A DNA stretch of 64,000 nt, taken from a virus (taxonomy: Duplodnaviria > Caudoviricetes). A program made the position numbers and the translations under genes. The DNA lies in IMG/VR virus record IMGVR_UViG_2671180233_000001, positions 1-64,000 of that record; one strand, given 5' to 3'. How positions within the stretch are numbered: the stretch's first letter is position 1; the number at the start of each line of letters is the position of its first letter. Positions 1 to 9,021 of the stretch are shown here, in pieces. The notes below the pieces were generated by a model that saw only the letters and a program-made list of their open reading frames with translations, made no database searches and was not told the origin of the DNA.

Positions 1-1149
1 CTAATTTGTATTCAGCTTTGACATCTCGATTTTGTTTTTATCGCCATTCATCCACTTAGCGTATCTTTTCATTAACATCTCTAAGCTATGACCAAGCTGC
101 GAGGCGACAAATACCGGATTAAGCCCATCCATCAGCATCATTGTGGCATACGTGTGCCTGGTATTGTATGCAGGGCGGTGCCGGATAAAACAGCCTTGCA
201 TGGCTTCAACCAAACGATCACGTGCGGGTTGTTCACTATAAAAAGGCTCACCAGTTTCAGGGCAATACATTACATAGTTAGGATGAAGTCTGAGATTGCG
301 TATTTCTGTCAAGGCTTGTTTAGATCTCTCATTCAGACATACATCCCTGATGGTATGTGTTTTCGTCACAGGTTTTTCAATACCTCTTACTCGGCTTTTA
401 CTGATCCGGACTGTACTGTTAAACCAATCTATATCATTCCATTTTAAGGCGAGCATTTCTGACGGCCTACAACCGGACCAGAATGCGAACTCGAAATACC
501 AATAGTAAAATCGATCCTCACTGATCATATTTTTATCAAGCCAATCCAGAAGGGCATTCATTTCTTCACGGCTGAATGGATCGGGAATGCCTATTTGTAC
601 TTTCTTATTTTCGATACCAGCCATTGGATTCTCAGTAATAATCTTACTTTTCATGGCTGTTTCAAAAACACCACGGAGGGGAATCAAGCAGTTATTTAAA
701 GTTTTGGCGGTAGTGAACTCTTTAGATACGATTAATTCCCTAAGGTCGTCGTGAGATATGGTGTGAATAGGTACTAGTGCAAGGTGAGGCATCCAGTGAA
801 AATTTAGAGTATTTACATATCCTTTTTTGGTATTAAGGTCGCCATCCCATAAACGTAAATATTTTTGAGCAACCTCTTGAAATAAAACGCCACTACCTAC
901 GATAACGCTCTCTTTTTCTACAGTAATACCTTTTGCTTTAGCAATGTCTTCATCAGTCAAAATACCCCATTCAGCCTTAGTAATTAGGTCGCTTCTAATT
1001 TTACTGGCTGCGCTAATACCTTCCGCAGTCGTGGGGTGCGGGAGTGTGATGTTGTATTCTTTTCCTTTACGTTCAAAGTAGATTTGGATTGATCCATTGC
1101 GTATCCGGACGCCTGTTGGTAACGCTTTTGGGCTTGTTCTGTCAGCCAT
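1..1149 (-). CDS. int: Tyrosine recombinase (phage integrase)
   Basis: GCRPSE, KT, YNTRHTYA, QLGHS and RY catalytic motifs; N-terminal arm-binding region. Confidence 0.95.
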   Translation of the reverse strand: MADRTSPKALPTGVRIRNGSIQIYFERKGKEYNITLPHPTTAEGISAASKIRSDLITKAEWGILTDEDIAKAKGITVEKESVIVGSGVLFQEVAQKYLRLWDGDLNTKKGYVNTLNFHWMPHLALVPIHTISHDDLRELIVSKEFTTAKTLNNCLIPLRGVFETAMKSKIITENPMAGIENKKVQIGIPDPFSREEMNALLDWLDKNMISEDRFYYWYFEFAFWSGCRPSEMLALKWNDIDWFNSTVRISKSRVRGIEKPVTKTHTIRDVCLNERSKQALTEIRNLRLHPNYVMYCPETGEPFYSEQPARDRLVEAMQGCFIRHRPAYNTRHTYATMMLMDGLNPVFVASQLGHSLEMLMKRYAKWMNGDKNKIEMSKLNTN

Positions 1150-1346
1150 TGATTATAACCCTTTATCGAAAAATATATATTTCCGTCTTGTTTTGACCAG
1201 ACTATATCTTGTGGCCATTTTTTGCGACGATGATTAAGTTTTTCCTCGGCAATGCCAGTGAGTTTAGAAAATTGACTTGCATCAACCCAGTCAATAGGTG
1301 TTAGACCCAACTCAAGCAATGCTTCTAAAATTTCATTTGGCATCAC
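984..1346 (-). CDS. Excisionase-like protein, overlapping the 5' end of int
   Basis: Small winged-helix-like ORF (WSKQDGNIYFSIKGYNQW) directly upstream of int. Confidence 0.6.
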   Translation of the reverse strand: MMPNEILEALLELGLTPIDWVDASQFSKLTGIAEEKLNHRRKKWPQDIVWSKQDGNIYFSIKGYNQWLTEQAQKRYQQASGYAMDQSKSTLNVKEKNTTSHSRTPRLRKVLAQPVKLEAT

Positions 1347-1363
1347 AGCACCTCAAAAAATAA

Positions 1364-1660
1364 TTAATTTTTTAACTCGCCACGCTCTTTTTTGAGTATT
1401 CCTACTACAGTGTCGCGTGTTGTTGTCACAAATCTTTCAAAAGACTTTGTTGGTAAAGTATCAGCCAGCATTGAAGTGCTTAACCCGAAAATATGCATCG
1501 CAAATAATCTGGCCTGTTCTGGATCTTCTTTATCCATTGCCTCTACCATTGGACCAATAATTCGATGATAAATCTGTTTCGCAACCTGATCCGGTGTACC
1601 GCTGATTTCACCAATTTGGAGATATTCTGTTTTTACTTTAGGCATCTGTATTTCCCTCAC
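1364..1660 (-). CDS. Hypothetical phage protein
   Basis: ORF coupled to its neighbours in the early-left operon. Confidence 0.6.
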   Translation of the reverse strand: MREIQMPKVKTEYLQIGEISGTPDQVAKQIYHRIIGPMVEAMDKEDPEQARLFAMHIFGLSTSMLADTLPTKSFERFVTTTRDTVVGILKKERGELKN

Positions 1661-1872
1661 TTCAACATGCCAAGTTTTTTCATTTTTTGGCGCATGGTGC
1701 CTCGGTTTAAACCAAGAATTTCAGCGGCGGCAGTTTGATTGCCACGGCATCGAATAAGAACGCTCTCAATTACGGGTTTTTCGATAATTGCAAGAACATC
1801 GCGAAAAAGGTTTTTACTATCTGATTGAATCAGTTCATCAATCTTTGCATGAGTTAAAATTGCTTCTTTCAT
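1657..1872 (-). CDS. Fis-like HTH DNA-binding protein
   Basis: RGNQTAAAEILGLNRGTMRQKMKKLG closely matches the Fis C-terminal HTH. Confidence 0.88.
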   Translation of the reverse strand: MKEAILTHAKIDELIQSDSKNLFRDVLAIIEKPVIESVLIRCRGNQTAAAEILGLNRGTMRQKMKKLGMLK

Positions 1873-1899
1873 TTTTAATACCTATCTATTTAAATTAAT

Positions 1900-2074
1900 C
1901 TGTTACCCCGTATCGCCACAGTGGGGCATGCTGCAATATGAATGCTTGGCTAACCGTTGTTCCACCTCGTTACTCTTTGCTTGCACCATTGCAGTGGTGG
2001 GCTTGGTCAGGATCACCTTTCACGATTCCTACACGGCCTAGATAGAGCCAACATCCTTTCTGGCTAACGTGGAA
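1900..2074 (-). ncRNA. Candidate structured non-coding RNA
   Basis: GC-rich gap with no long ORF and nested stems (1960-1972 with 2065-2074; 1984-1999; 2046-2065); strand inferred from the operon. Confidence 0.4.
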
Positions 2075-3580
2075 TTACTCGACCAATTCAGGGTTAAGTT
2101 TCTGAATCTTGGTACCACCAATAATTTTGAACAACGGATTTAGAGCCGTAATATCAAGCTGTTTTTTAGCTCTGGTTGCAGCGACATATAAAAGTCTTGC
2201 TTCATCGTCCGTTAAGACTTTCTCACCATCACTAGCGGATTCTTTATAGAAGAAGTCATCACCAAGTTTGACCTTGTTAAATTCCAGACCCTTAGATTTG
2301 TGGGCTGTGGTGACAATGCAGTCATAATCGCTAGAGTTGCTTTTGAGCAATGCTTCAATTAATGCATTTTCACCTACTGAATTAATCAGACTGACCAGCG
2401 GTTTAAGATCATTTCCGGTAACTTCGTTTGTGTACTCAGTGATTTCTTCCCAATTACTAAAGCCTTCAAACACGCTACCATCATGTACTTTGATACCAGA
2501 TTTAACTTTTTTGGCATCTTCAATATTTTTTAATAATGATGTTGTATCAACTTCAAGACGTGGTTCACGTCCAATTTTGACCAGCTCAACCATGTTGGAG
2601 AGGGCAGCGGCATTGGTGCGATAGATAAATGCATCGGCAATTTCATTGCCAATTTCACAAACATGGGAATCGATCTGCTTAAAACCACGTAGTGGAATTT
2701 CCTCATCCAGCACATTGAACAAAATTTTGTTGGCAAGGTCGGCAATGTTTTGACCAAAACGGAATGACTGACTTAAACGTGTTTCAGCAATTTCCAGTGA
2801 TTGCATTGCATTGACAGCACCACGAAACGCATAGATTTGCTGGTGACGATCACCTACATAGATGACTTGAGCACGTTGCTTGCTCAAAACATTCAACATG
2901 ATTGGATCAGCATCCTGTGCCTCGTCAAATAAAATGAAGTCGGCATTAATCACTGGATTGCTCAATGCCCAATATTTTAGGTAATGGTCATGTTCGAGAC
3001 GATTAATGCCAGCAGGATTTAAAATGTCATTCCAGTAATCATTAGCCTTAGGTAAAAGAATGTTGGCAAGTTCAGCACGGTATGTATCATCCATCCAGTC
3101 GGGTAGTGCAGCATAGACCTGTGCTAACTGGATCTCCACATGGTTGGAACGGCAGAAATATCCCACAGCGTTCATCATTGCGGTAGCCATATGTTTAGAA
3201 TTAAATAAACGCTTCCGGTCATCCTCACCACGTTGTTTGACCAATGCCACTGGCACCTGATAATTTTCAAGATCATGACGAGATGCCAATTGGTTTGACA
3301 TCAAGCGACGATTCTTTAATTTATTGGTCAACCATCTTGGAACTGAATTATAAGCAAGGCTATGAAAAGTTCTGCATTTTACATTTTGGTTAAACTTTGC
3401 CTGTGCTTCAGTTGCGATAGCTTTGTTAAATGCCAGGTACATGCCTGCCTGACCGGTTTTAGCATTCCCGATAAGTTTAAGCGTAGATGTTTTACCGGCA
3501 CCTGCATAGGCAGTCACTTTGCATGATTGTCCACGTAATGCCATATCTATGGCATTTTGTTGTTCAATAGTTGGGTTCAT
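2075..3580 (-). CDS. UvrD/Rep-like SF1 helicase
   Basis: AYAGAGKT, DEAQD, VGDRHQQIYAFRGA, HKSKGLE and YVAATRAK motifs. Confidence 0.93.
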   Translation of the reverse strand: MNPTIEQQNAIDMALRGQSCKVTAYAGAGKTSTLKLIGNAKTGQAGMYLAFNKAIATEAQAKFNQNVKCRTFHSLAYNSVPRWLTNKLKNRRLMSNQLASRHDLENYQVPVALVKQRGEDDRKRLFNSKHMATAMMNAVGYFCRSNHVEIQLAQVYAALPDWMDDTYRAELANILLPKANDYWNDILNPAGINRLEHDHYLKYWALSNPVINADFILFDEAQDADPIMLNVLSKQRAQVIYVGDRHQQIYAFRGAVNAMQSLEIAETRLSQSFRFGQNIADLANKILFNVLDEEIPLRGFKQIDSHVCEIGNEIADAFIYRTNAAALSNMVELVKIGREPRLEVDTTSLLKNIEDAKKVKSGIKVHDGSVFEGFSNWEEITEYTNEVTGNDLKPLVSLINSVGENALIEALLKSNSSDYDCIVTTAHKSKGLEFNKVKLGDDFFYKESASDGEKVLTDDEARLLYVAATRAKKQLDITALNPLFKIIGGTKIQKLNPELVE

Positions 3581-3633
3581 ATTCCTATCTTCCTATTGGC
3601 ACCCTCAAAACTGAGGGCACCGCATGCCAATGA

Positions 3634-4668
3634 TTAAGCCGTTAAAGCTGCTTGTTTTTGCTCATAACTCAAATTAATCGCATTAGTCTGAGGATCATTA
3701 AAGTTTGCGGAATGTGGTTCAAAGCTTTTAGCCATAACTCCATCCAATGCTTCAAGTGATTTTGCAGCTTCGATACCATCAAGCACCTGAACAAAGCGAT
3801 ATTGTGTACTGTATGTTTCTTTAATTTTGGCTTGTTGATCTTCTGCAATATCGCTAGGAATTGCTTTTGAGAACTCTTTGAGTTCGGCAATGGTATTCAA
3901 TTTTTTAATGTGATCTATTGCACCATCTACATCATAAGGTGCACTATCATGTGCCTGAGATTCCATATCAATGACAGTAGCTTCCTGTTGCTGCTCACGT
4001 TCAGCCATCTGAGCCTTGAGACCACCCGCACCTTGATGTTTTTTTACTTGTGATTGAGCAGGTGTAACATCTACTTCTTCACGTTCAACGATTTCATCAG
4101 GGGTGTAAACACCTAGGATTACATCCGGTGTATATAAACGAGACCAACGCTTAATAGCTAAATAAGCAAGTTGTTGGCGTGGATCAGCAAGCCATAATGG
4201 TGAGTTGCGAACAGGACCTACTTGTCCCATTGATAGAGTGATTTCGCGTGGTGTTGTCTCACCTTTTAATGTTGCCCAGACCTTTACACCTTTATCCCAC
4301 GACTTATCTTCTTTCCCATTAATTTTTGCCCAATCGCCGTACCACTCAAATTGCAAGCGACCTGTGACTGGTGCACGGTTAATGATTACAGCATTTACAA
4401 GCTGCGCTTCATAACCAAGGGTGCCATTGATTTGATGTGTTTTTTGCGCTACTGCAAATGGGTCCATTTGCCATTGTACGGACTGCATAATTACTGCAAG
4501 ACAGTCACTTGGGTTATTCTGAAGGTGCTTTGGTACAGAAAACTTAGACGATGCCATCGTTTCAGCCAACTTCTCGAAACGAGACATCATTTCGGGATTC
4601 ATCATAATATCGAAAGCTGTGATAGGTGCTGGCATAGTATTGTTTGGTACGCTTACTGCTGTATTCAT
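3634..4668 (-). CDS. recT: RecT-family ssDNA annealing protein
   Basis: VPKHL..NPSDC, MDPFAVAQKT, LGYEAQLVNAV and YTPDVILGVYTPDE motifs. Confidence 0.88.
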   Translation of the reverse strand: MNTAVSVPNNTMPAPITAFDIMMNPEMMSRFEKLAETMASSKFSVPKHLQNNPSDCLAVIMQSVQWQMDPFAVAQKTHQINGTLGYEAQLVNAVIINRAPVTGRLQFEWYGDWAKINGKEDKSWDKGVKVWATLKGETTPREITLSMGQVGPVRNSPLWLADPRQQLAYLAIKRWSRLYTPDVILGVYTPDEIVEREEVDVTPAQSQVKKHQGAGGLKAQMAEREQQQEATVIDMESQAHDSAPYDVDGAIDHIKKLNTIAELKEFSKAIPSDIAEDQQAKIKETYSTQYRFVQVLDGIEAAKSLEALDGVMAKSFEPHSANFNDPQTNAINLSYEQKQAALTA

Positions 4669-4679
4669 AATAAAATTCC

Positions 4680-5660
4680 TTAAATTGTTTCTTTAAATTT
4701 GTTTGAGATACGGAAAACACGGGTACTGGATGTTTTGCTGTATTTCGCAAATAAATCTGGTTCTTCCTTTTTCAACAGCGTGCTGTCAATACGGGTAGAG
4801 GATTGTTCTTTATAGGTGAATAGGGTTTTGCCTTGACTAATCATCATTTCAGCATCTTGCATGGTGGAGACGATCTTTAATTTAATTTCATCTTCACGTG
4901 CTTTATCTGCTTTTTGGCGACTTTGAACTGCAACAAATTCTTCGCCAAGTTTGATATGCTCAAAATCGGCTTCAACCTGTTTGCCGGTTATATGCTTTGA
5001 CCAACGATGTAAAACATCATCAAAACAAGTCGGGTCGGGTGGTACATCAGCAATAACATGGTTGAACCAGAATGCCTTTACTTGGCTGAAAATTGACTGA
5101 ATCAAATCTTCATCACGTTCAATGCGATACATACGAAATTTGTTGCCACCAATCAGTGTAGCAAGATGAATTTCTTTACAACCTGTAATGAGCAAATACC
5201 AAAGGCATTGTGTAAGGTAATAATCCGGAACCTGATCCGTACCTTCCTCTCCAAAAAGTTTGCTCATATATTCGCTTGCAGTCTTACATTCGAGCAGCTT
5301 GTCAGTGGTCAGTTCTCCATTTTTAAACCGTACATTGCCAGCAATTTCAGGATTAATAATTGCTCGATCAATATTTCCCAAAGCCCACGGATGCTCATCT
5401 AAAGATAATTGCTGAGTAACACGTTGAACTTTCATGCCAGTACGACGTGAAAATTCCTTGGCTACCACATCTTCGAGCAAGTTGCCAAAATGCGCTGACT
5501 CGCTTTGAGATTCTTTCTTTTCAGATCGTCCGGTCTTATCCAACCACAGGGCGTAAGGGGATTTATACGGGCTAAAACCCAGAATTGCCGCGACATCAGA
5601 ACCACCGATGCCTTTTTTACGACCTGCAAGAAATTGGTCACGATCTACTTGTGTATTCAT
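4680..5660 (-). CDS. YqaJ/lambda-exonuclease family protein
   Basis: RKKGIGGSD, GNLLE, NIDR, LECKT and QCLWYL motifs; paired with RecT. Confidence 0.92.
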   Translation of the reverse strand: MNTQVDRDQFLAGRKKGIGGSDVAAILGFSPYKSPYALWLDKTGRSEKKESQSESAHFGNLLEDVVAKEFSRRTGMKVQRVTQQLSLDEHPWALGNIDRAIINPEIAGNVRFKNGELTTDKLLECKTASEYMSKLFGEEGTDQVPDYYLTQCLWYLLITGCKEIHLATLIGGNKFRMYRIERDEDLIQSIFSQVKAFWFNHVIADVPPDPTCFDDVLHRWSKHITGKQVEADFEHIKLGEEFVAVQSRQKADKAREDEIKLKIVSTMQDAEMMISQGKTLFTYKEQSSTRIDSTLLKKEEPDLFAKYSKTSSTRVFRISNKFKETI

Positions 5661-6001
5661 CGTTCAACTCCTTTTGAAATAGAGTGAGTTCTTGTTAGTT
5701 TGCAAATAACAAGATTTTTGGCGAATTTTTCATAATTTCGCTGTGCGTCTTCTATACGATATTCAGGATGATCATCGGCTTTAGCAGCTTCCGCTTCCTT
5801 GCTTGTAAAAAATACACGGATGGTTTCAATTGCATCTTCTGCACATTCATGTGTTTGAAAGCATTTAGCAGCAGTAAGTAAACGTGTGAAAGAGGATTTA
5901 TGATTATCAGACCCAACACTGCAAACAAACTGCCCAGTCTTTAGATTCTTGATAACAAAAAATTGTTCTTTGATTTTCATGTTTAAACTCTCCGGAACCA
6001 A
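5657..6001 (-). CDS. Hypothetical phage protein
   Basis: ORF in the early-left operon; true start may be 5980. Confidence 0.55.
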   Translation of the reverse strand: MVPESLNMKIKEQFFVIKNLKTGQFVCSVGSDNHKSSFTRLLTAAKCFQTHECAEDAIETIRVFFTSKEAEAAKADDHPEYRIEDAQRNYEKFAKNLVICKLTRTHSISKGVER

Positions 6002-6342
6002 GCCGTACGACGATCATCAAAGTACGCAATCAACTCATTGTTGATCTGCTTTTCGATGACTGCATCGCCGGGATATTCGATCAGCACATACTCAACGCTT
6101 ACGTCCGTCAAATATGTGTAATCCACTGATTCAATAAGTGCTTGATATTCTTTACCCGCAATTGATATATAGGCAGTGCAAGTCACGTGATTAAGCTTGG
6201 TGTAATCCACTTGACACGGCTCTACATAGAGAGAATTTTGCGGATTGTTTGGTTCTTCGGATTTGACTTGAACAAATCCGAGCATGCACATCAACGCTAT
6301 TGCGCCTAGTGCGAGCTTGAATTGAGGTTTTATTTGTGACAT
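5983..6342 (-). CDS. Hypothetical protein with N-terminal signal/TM segment
   Basis: Hydrophobic N-terminus LALGAIALMCMLGFV. Confidence 0.6.
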   Translation of the reverse strand: MSQIKPQFKLALGAIALMCMLGFVQVKSEEPNNPQNSLYVEPCQVDYTKLNHVTCTAYISIAGKEYQALIESVDYTYLTDVSVEYVLIEYPGDAVIEKQINNELIAYFDDRRTAWFRRV

Positions 6343-6360
6343 ATTAGAGTCCTTGTTGTG

Positions 6361-6399
6361 AAAAGCCCCTTCAGATTTAGCCGTTCAGAGGGGCTTTTT
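6361..6399. terminator. Hairpin/terminator
   Basis: AAAAGCCCCT...AGGGGCTTTT inverted repeat. Confidence 0.55.
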
Positions 6400-6418
6400 A
6401 CTGCTTAAAAATTAAGAA

Positions 6419-7228
6419 TTACGCTTGGAATGTGCCGATCAGAACTTGTTGTTCTGGCAGTAAATCAATTACTTTTTGCTTAAATTCCTGGATAATTTCA
6501 TTTACCAAGATTTCTTCTTTCACAATCTGGATTGCGAAAATAGGCTCACCGCTACCGCCATTTACGATTAGGCGCAATTCGATTTCTTTTTTATCAAGAC
6601 CCACATAAGCGGTATCAGAAATTTTGAATTTTGCAGGGAGTTGGCCAAGTTTTGCTTTAGCAGCGATAGCAGTTTGTGCGGTGCGGACTTCACGGGTGTT
6701 TTCAACTTCTGCATCAGTCGATAAGTTGACATCTACTTTCATATTACGAACAGCAGTAATCGCATCTTTAATATCGATTTTATTGTCATCTGCATCAATC
6801 GCAGTCAACACAGTTGCCCAGTCTTCCAAAAAGGTTGCAAAGCGTTTTTGATCAAGCTTGGTGTCTTTAAGACCGGTTAATTTTTTCCAAACTACTGTTG
6901 GATCGAGTTGTAAAGTTGCAGTGTGGTCGCAATGGCCTTGGTCATAACCAACTTCGATGTAATTCAGCACAGCGACGGCTTTGACATCATCACGAGATAC
7001 AAAAACTGGTGTAGGTTGGTTTACTTTCGGATGATCAATGTATTGTGCAAAGTCTGCAAAAATTGGAGTGGCGAATTTGCCACGGATACGGTTACGGCCA
7101 TTTTGATACTGTTCTGCGTCCAAAATTTTGTAGTTTTGATGAACCGCTTGCAGGCTACCGCGCTCTACTTCCAGAACTGGATTGCAATGTTCAACAACTG
7201 CTGCAACTTCACTATTTTCTAATGACAT
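6419..7228 (-). CDS. DUF2303/YfdQ family phage protein
   Basis: RIRGKF, GHCDHTATL, QKRFATFLEDW and VLIGTF motifs; paired with the upstream small gene. Confidence 0.8.
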   Translation of the reverse strand: MSLENSEVAAVVEHCNPVLEVERGSLQAVHQNYKILDAEQYQNGRNRIRGKFATPIFADFAQYIDHPKVNQPTPVFVSRDDVKAVAVLNYIEVGYDQGHCDHTATLQLDPTVVWKKLTGLKDTKLDQKRFATFLEDWATVLTAIDADDNKIDIKDAITAVRNMKVDVNLSTDAEVENTREVRTAQTAIAAKAKLGQLPAKFKISDTAYVGLDKKEIELRLIVNGGSGEPIFAIQIVKEEILVNEIIQEFKQKVIDLLPEQQVLIGTFQA

Positions 7229-7271
7229 GATATTTACCTTCTAGGTTGGGTTGGTCTTGAAAACGCCTGAT

Positions 7272-7595
7272 TTAAGCGTTTTCTTCAAAAAGCTGGGCAG
7301 TGTGGTTTGCAAACAAGGTGACATCACCGTCTTTATTGACGTACATAGATGTTTTTGCACCGTGATCTTCTAATTTGCGACCATCGGCAAGTGGGGCAAT
7401 AGATGTCAGTTTGTGGTCGATAGTTACGCTGTTTGCACCCACACCTTTTGTTAATTTCAATTTGATTGTGATTTCTCCAGCTTTGTCGTTGTCTACGACA
7501 GCCGATGCAACTTCACTAATTGCATAGCCGAGCTGCTGTGCAAATACACCGCCGTCGATGTCGTCAATAAACTGGGTATGGTCTGTGGATTTCAT
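7272..7595 (-). CDS. YfdP-like phage protein (first gene of the leftward operon)
   Basis: DIDGGVF...AGEITIKL...TSMYV...G motif; typical partner of DUF2303. Confidence 0.7.
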   Translation of the reverse strand: MKSTDHTQFIDDIDGGVFAQQLGYAISEVASAVVDNDKAGEITIKLKLTKGVGANSVTIDHKLTSIAPLADGRKLEDHGAKTSMYVNKDGDVTLFANHTAQLFEENA

Positions 7596-7635
7596 GGTTA
7601 AGTCCTCTTGTGGGGGTAAGACTGGTTTTTGCTTT

Positions 7636-7695
7636 GTTCAATAAATTTAACTCATAAAGAATTTTTGGTTAATTATTTTGTTCAATAAATTTAAC
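7636..7695. promoter_or_regulatory. OL operators (two identical GTTCAATAAATTTAAC at 7636-7651 and 7680-7695)
   Basis: Match the operator consensus found between cI and cro. Confidence 0.8.
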
Positions 7696-7744
7696 AATAA
7701 TTTATTTTTATGTTTTAATAGACAAAAGAAAACCCATCACAAGG

Positions 7745-8086
7745 ATGGGTGGATTGGAGTTTATTATGCTTGCTATTAAAAGTAATGGTCACATTGTTGA
7801 GATAACAGCATCTCAACCAGTATCCGACAAAGACAAAAAGTCAAACTATGTCGCCTTTATCTTATACAAAGGTGAGACAATGCCAGATTGGGCGACTATA
7901 GTTCATCCTCACGAGTCAATGTACCCTCAACTTCCTCCTTATCTCCAAGGCGTTTTATATAAATCTCTACAGACTCTCCGTTCCTCCACAAAGGATATGA
8001 AATCTGTACTATTTCATAAACAACTTCCGTTTCATCATCGATTAAAGACAGCCATTGACCTATTAAAGGGATATAAGCAGCGCTAG
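7745..8086 (+). CDS. Possible hypothetical protein (start probably 7766)
   Basis: GGAG SD before ATG; overlaps an antisense ORF. Confidence 0.35.
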   Translation: MGGLEFIMLAIKSNGHIVEITASQPVSDKDKKSNYVAFILYKGETMPDWATIVHPHESMYPQLPPYLQGVLYKSLQTLRSSTKDMKSVLFHKQLPFHHRLKTAIDLLKGYKQR

Positions 8087-8162
8087 TTTCCTCTCGCCTT
8101 TTAACTAGAATGCCATCTGTTTCATTATTTTCAATAATTTCACGCAAGATTATTGAGTACAT
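7896..8162 (-). CDS. Hypothetical accessory protein
   Basis: AAGGA SD upstream; minus-strand terminator near 7724-7750. Confidence 0.6.
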   Translation of the reverse strand: MYSIILREIIENNETDGILVKRREETSAAYIPLIGQWLSLIDDETEVVYEIVQISYPLWRNGESVEIYIKRLGDKEEVEGTLTREDEL

Positions 8163-8275
8163 AAATTGTTCCTTATAAGTGATTTAAACAATTGAAAATG
8201 CAACTTGAGTTTAAATCACAGGATTTTGATTGGTAAAAGAAAAACCTGTAAATAGCAGGGTAATAGGAGTTTAAA

Positions 8276-8605
8276 TTGAAAATAGATAATATTATATTTA
8301 TCTCTGATCGACTTTATAAAAATTCAACCCAAATCTATATTGAGGAAATTGATATTGAGGGTGATCAGTTTTTTGTGCCTGTAGGGGATTATGTCAAACC
8401 TATTGGGTATTTAAAATTTCAACGCATAGCAAAAGGCGTTAAGAAAGGCTGCTTTGAATTATCCGAATTAGTGAACCTACATTATCCCAACCCAAATCCA
8501 CAATTTTCGTTGTCAGGTGTTTTACACTCTCGGCAGAAAGCGATCGAAGCCCATCGAGTAATTTGTGCTTATCAGCAGGAGGTAAATCAGCTGCCAAGAT
8601 TTTAG
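8276..8605 (+). CDS. Possible hypothetical protein
   Basis: AGGAG SD before TTG; overlaps an antisense ORF. Confidence 0.35.
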   Translation: MKIDNIIFISDRLYKNSTQIYIEEIDIEGDQFFVPVGDYVKPIGYLKFQRIAKGVKKGCFELSELVNLHYPNPNPQFSLSGVLHSRQKAIEAHRVICAYQQEVNQLPRF

Positions 8606-8939
8606 ATTCAAGAATAGCTTTTAGTTGATCAGCCTCAAATTTTACAGTTATAACTCCAAGTATTGCAGAAAGTCCACCATCATCTGCTAAAAAATCTAAA
8701 CCAATTTGATTAATAGTGGGTGTACCAAACTGTAAACGCTTTAAACCATCAAATGCATTTGATCTTAAGACACTTCCTGTTTCCACTAAATCATGTTGTA
8801 GTAAATAGTATAAATTTGCTACAGCTTTATTATACTCATTAGTGCCATGTGAATATTCGTGATTGAAATCATAAAATTCTGGATAAGTGGAAGCCATTTT
8901 ATTAAGCAGTTCAAGCTGTAATTTACGATCTAAAATCAT
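8439..8939 (-). CDS. Hypothetical accessory protein (winged-helix-like N-terminus)
   Basis: NLYYL..H.L and IN..GLDFL.DDGGLSAIL motifs typical of prophage immunity-region genes. Confidence 0.7.
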   Translation of the reverse strand: MILDRKLQLELLNKMASTYPEFYDFNHEYSHGTNEYNKAVANLYYLLQHDLVETGSVLRSNAFDGLKRLQFGTPTINQIGLDFLADDGGLSAILGVITVKFEADQLKAILESKILAADLPPADKHKLLDGLRSLSAESVKHLTTKIVDLGWDNVGSLIRIIQSSLS

Positions 8940-9021
8940 ATGTAATTACCTATATTGCAATTGTAAATTTAGTGCAAGAATAAACAACTATTAGGAATTG
9001 ATCACATTGTCCATGTCATCA

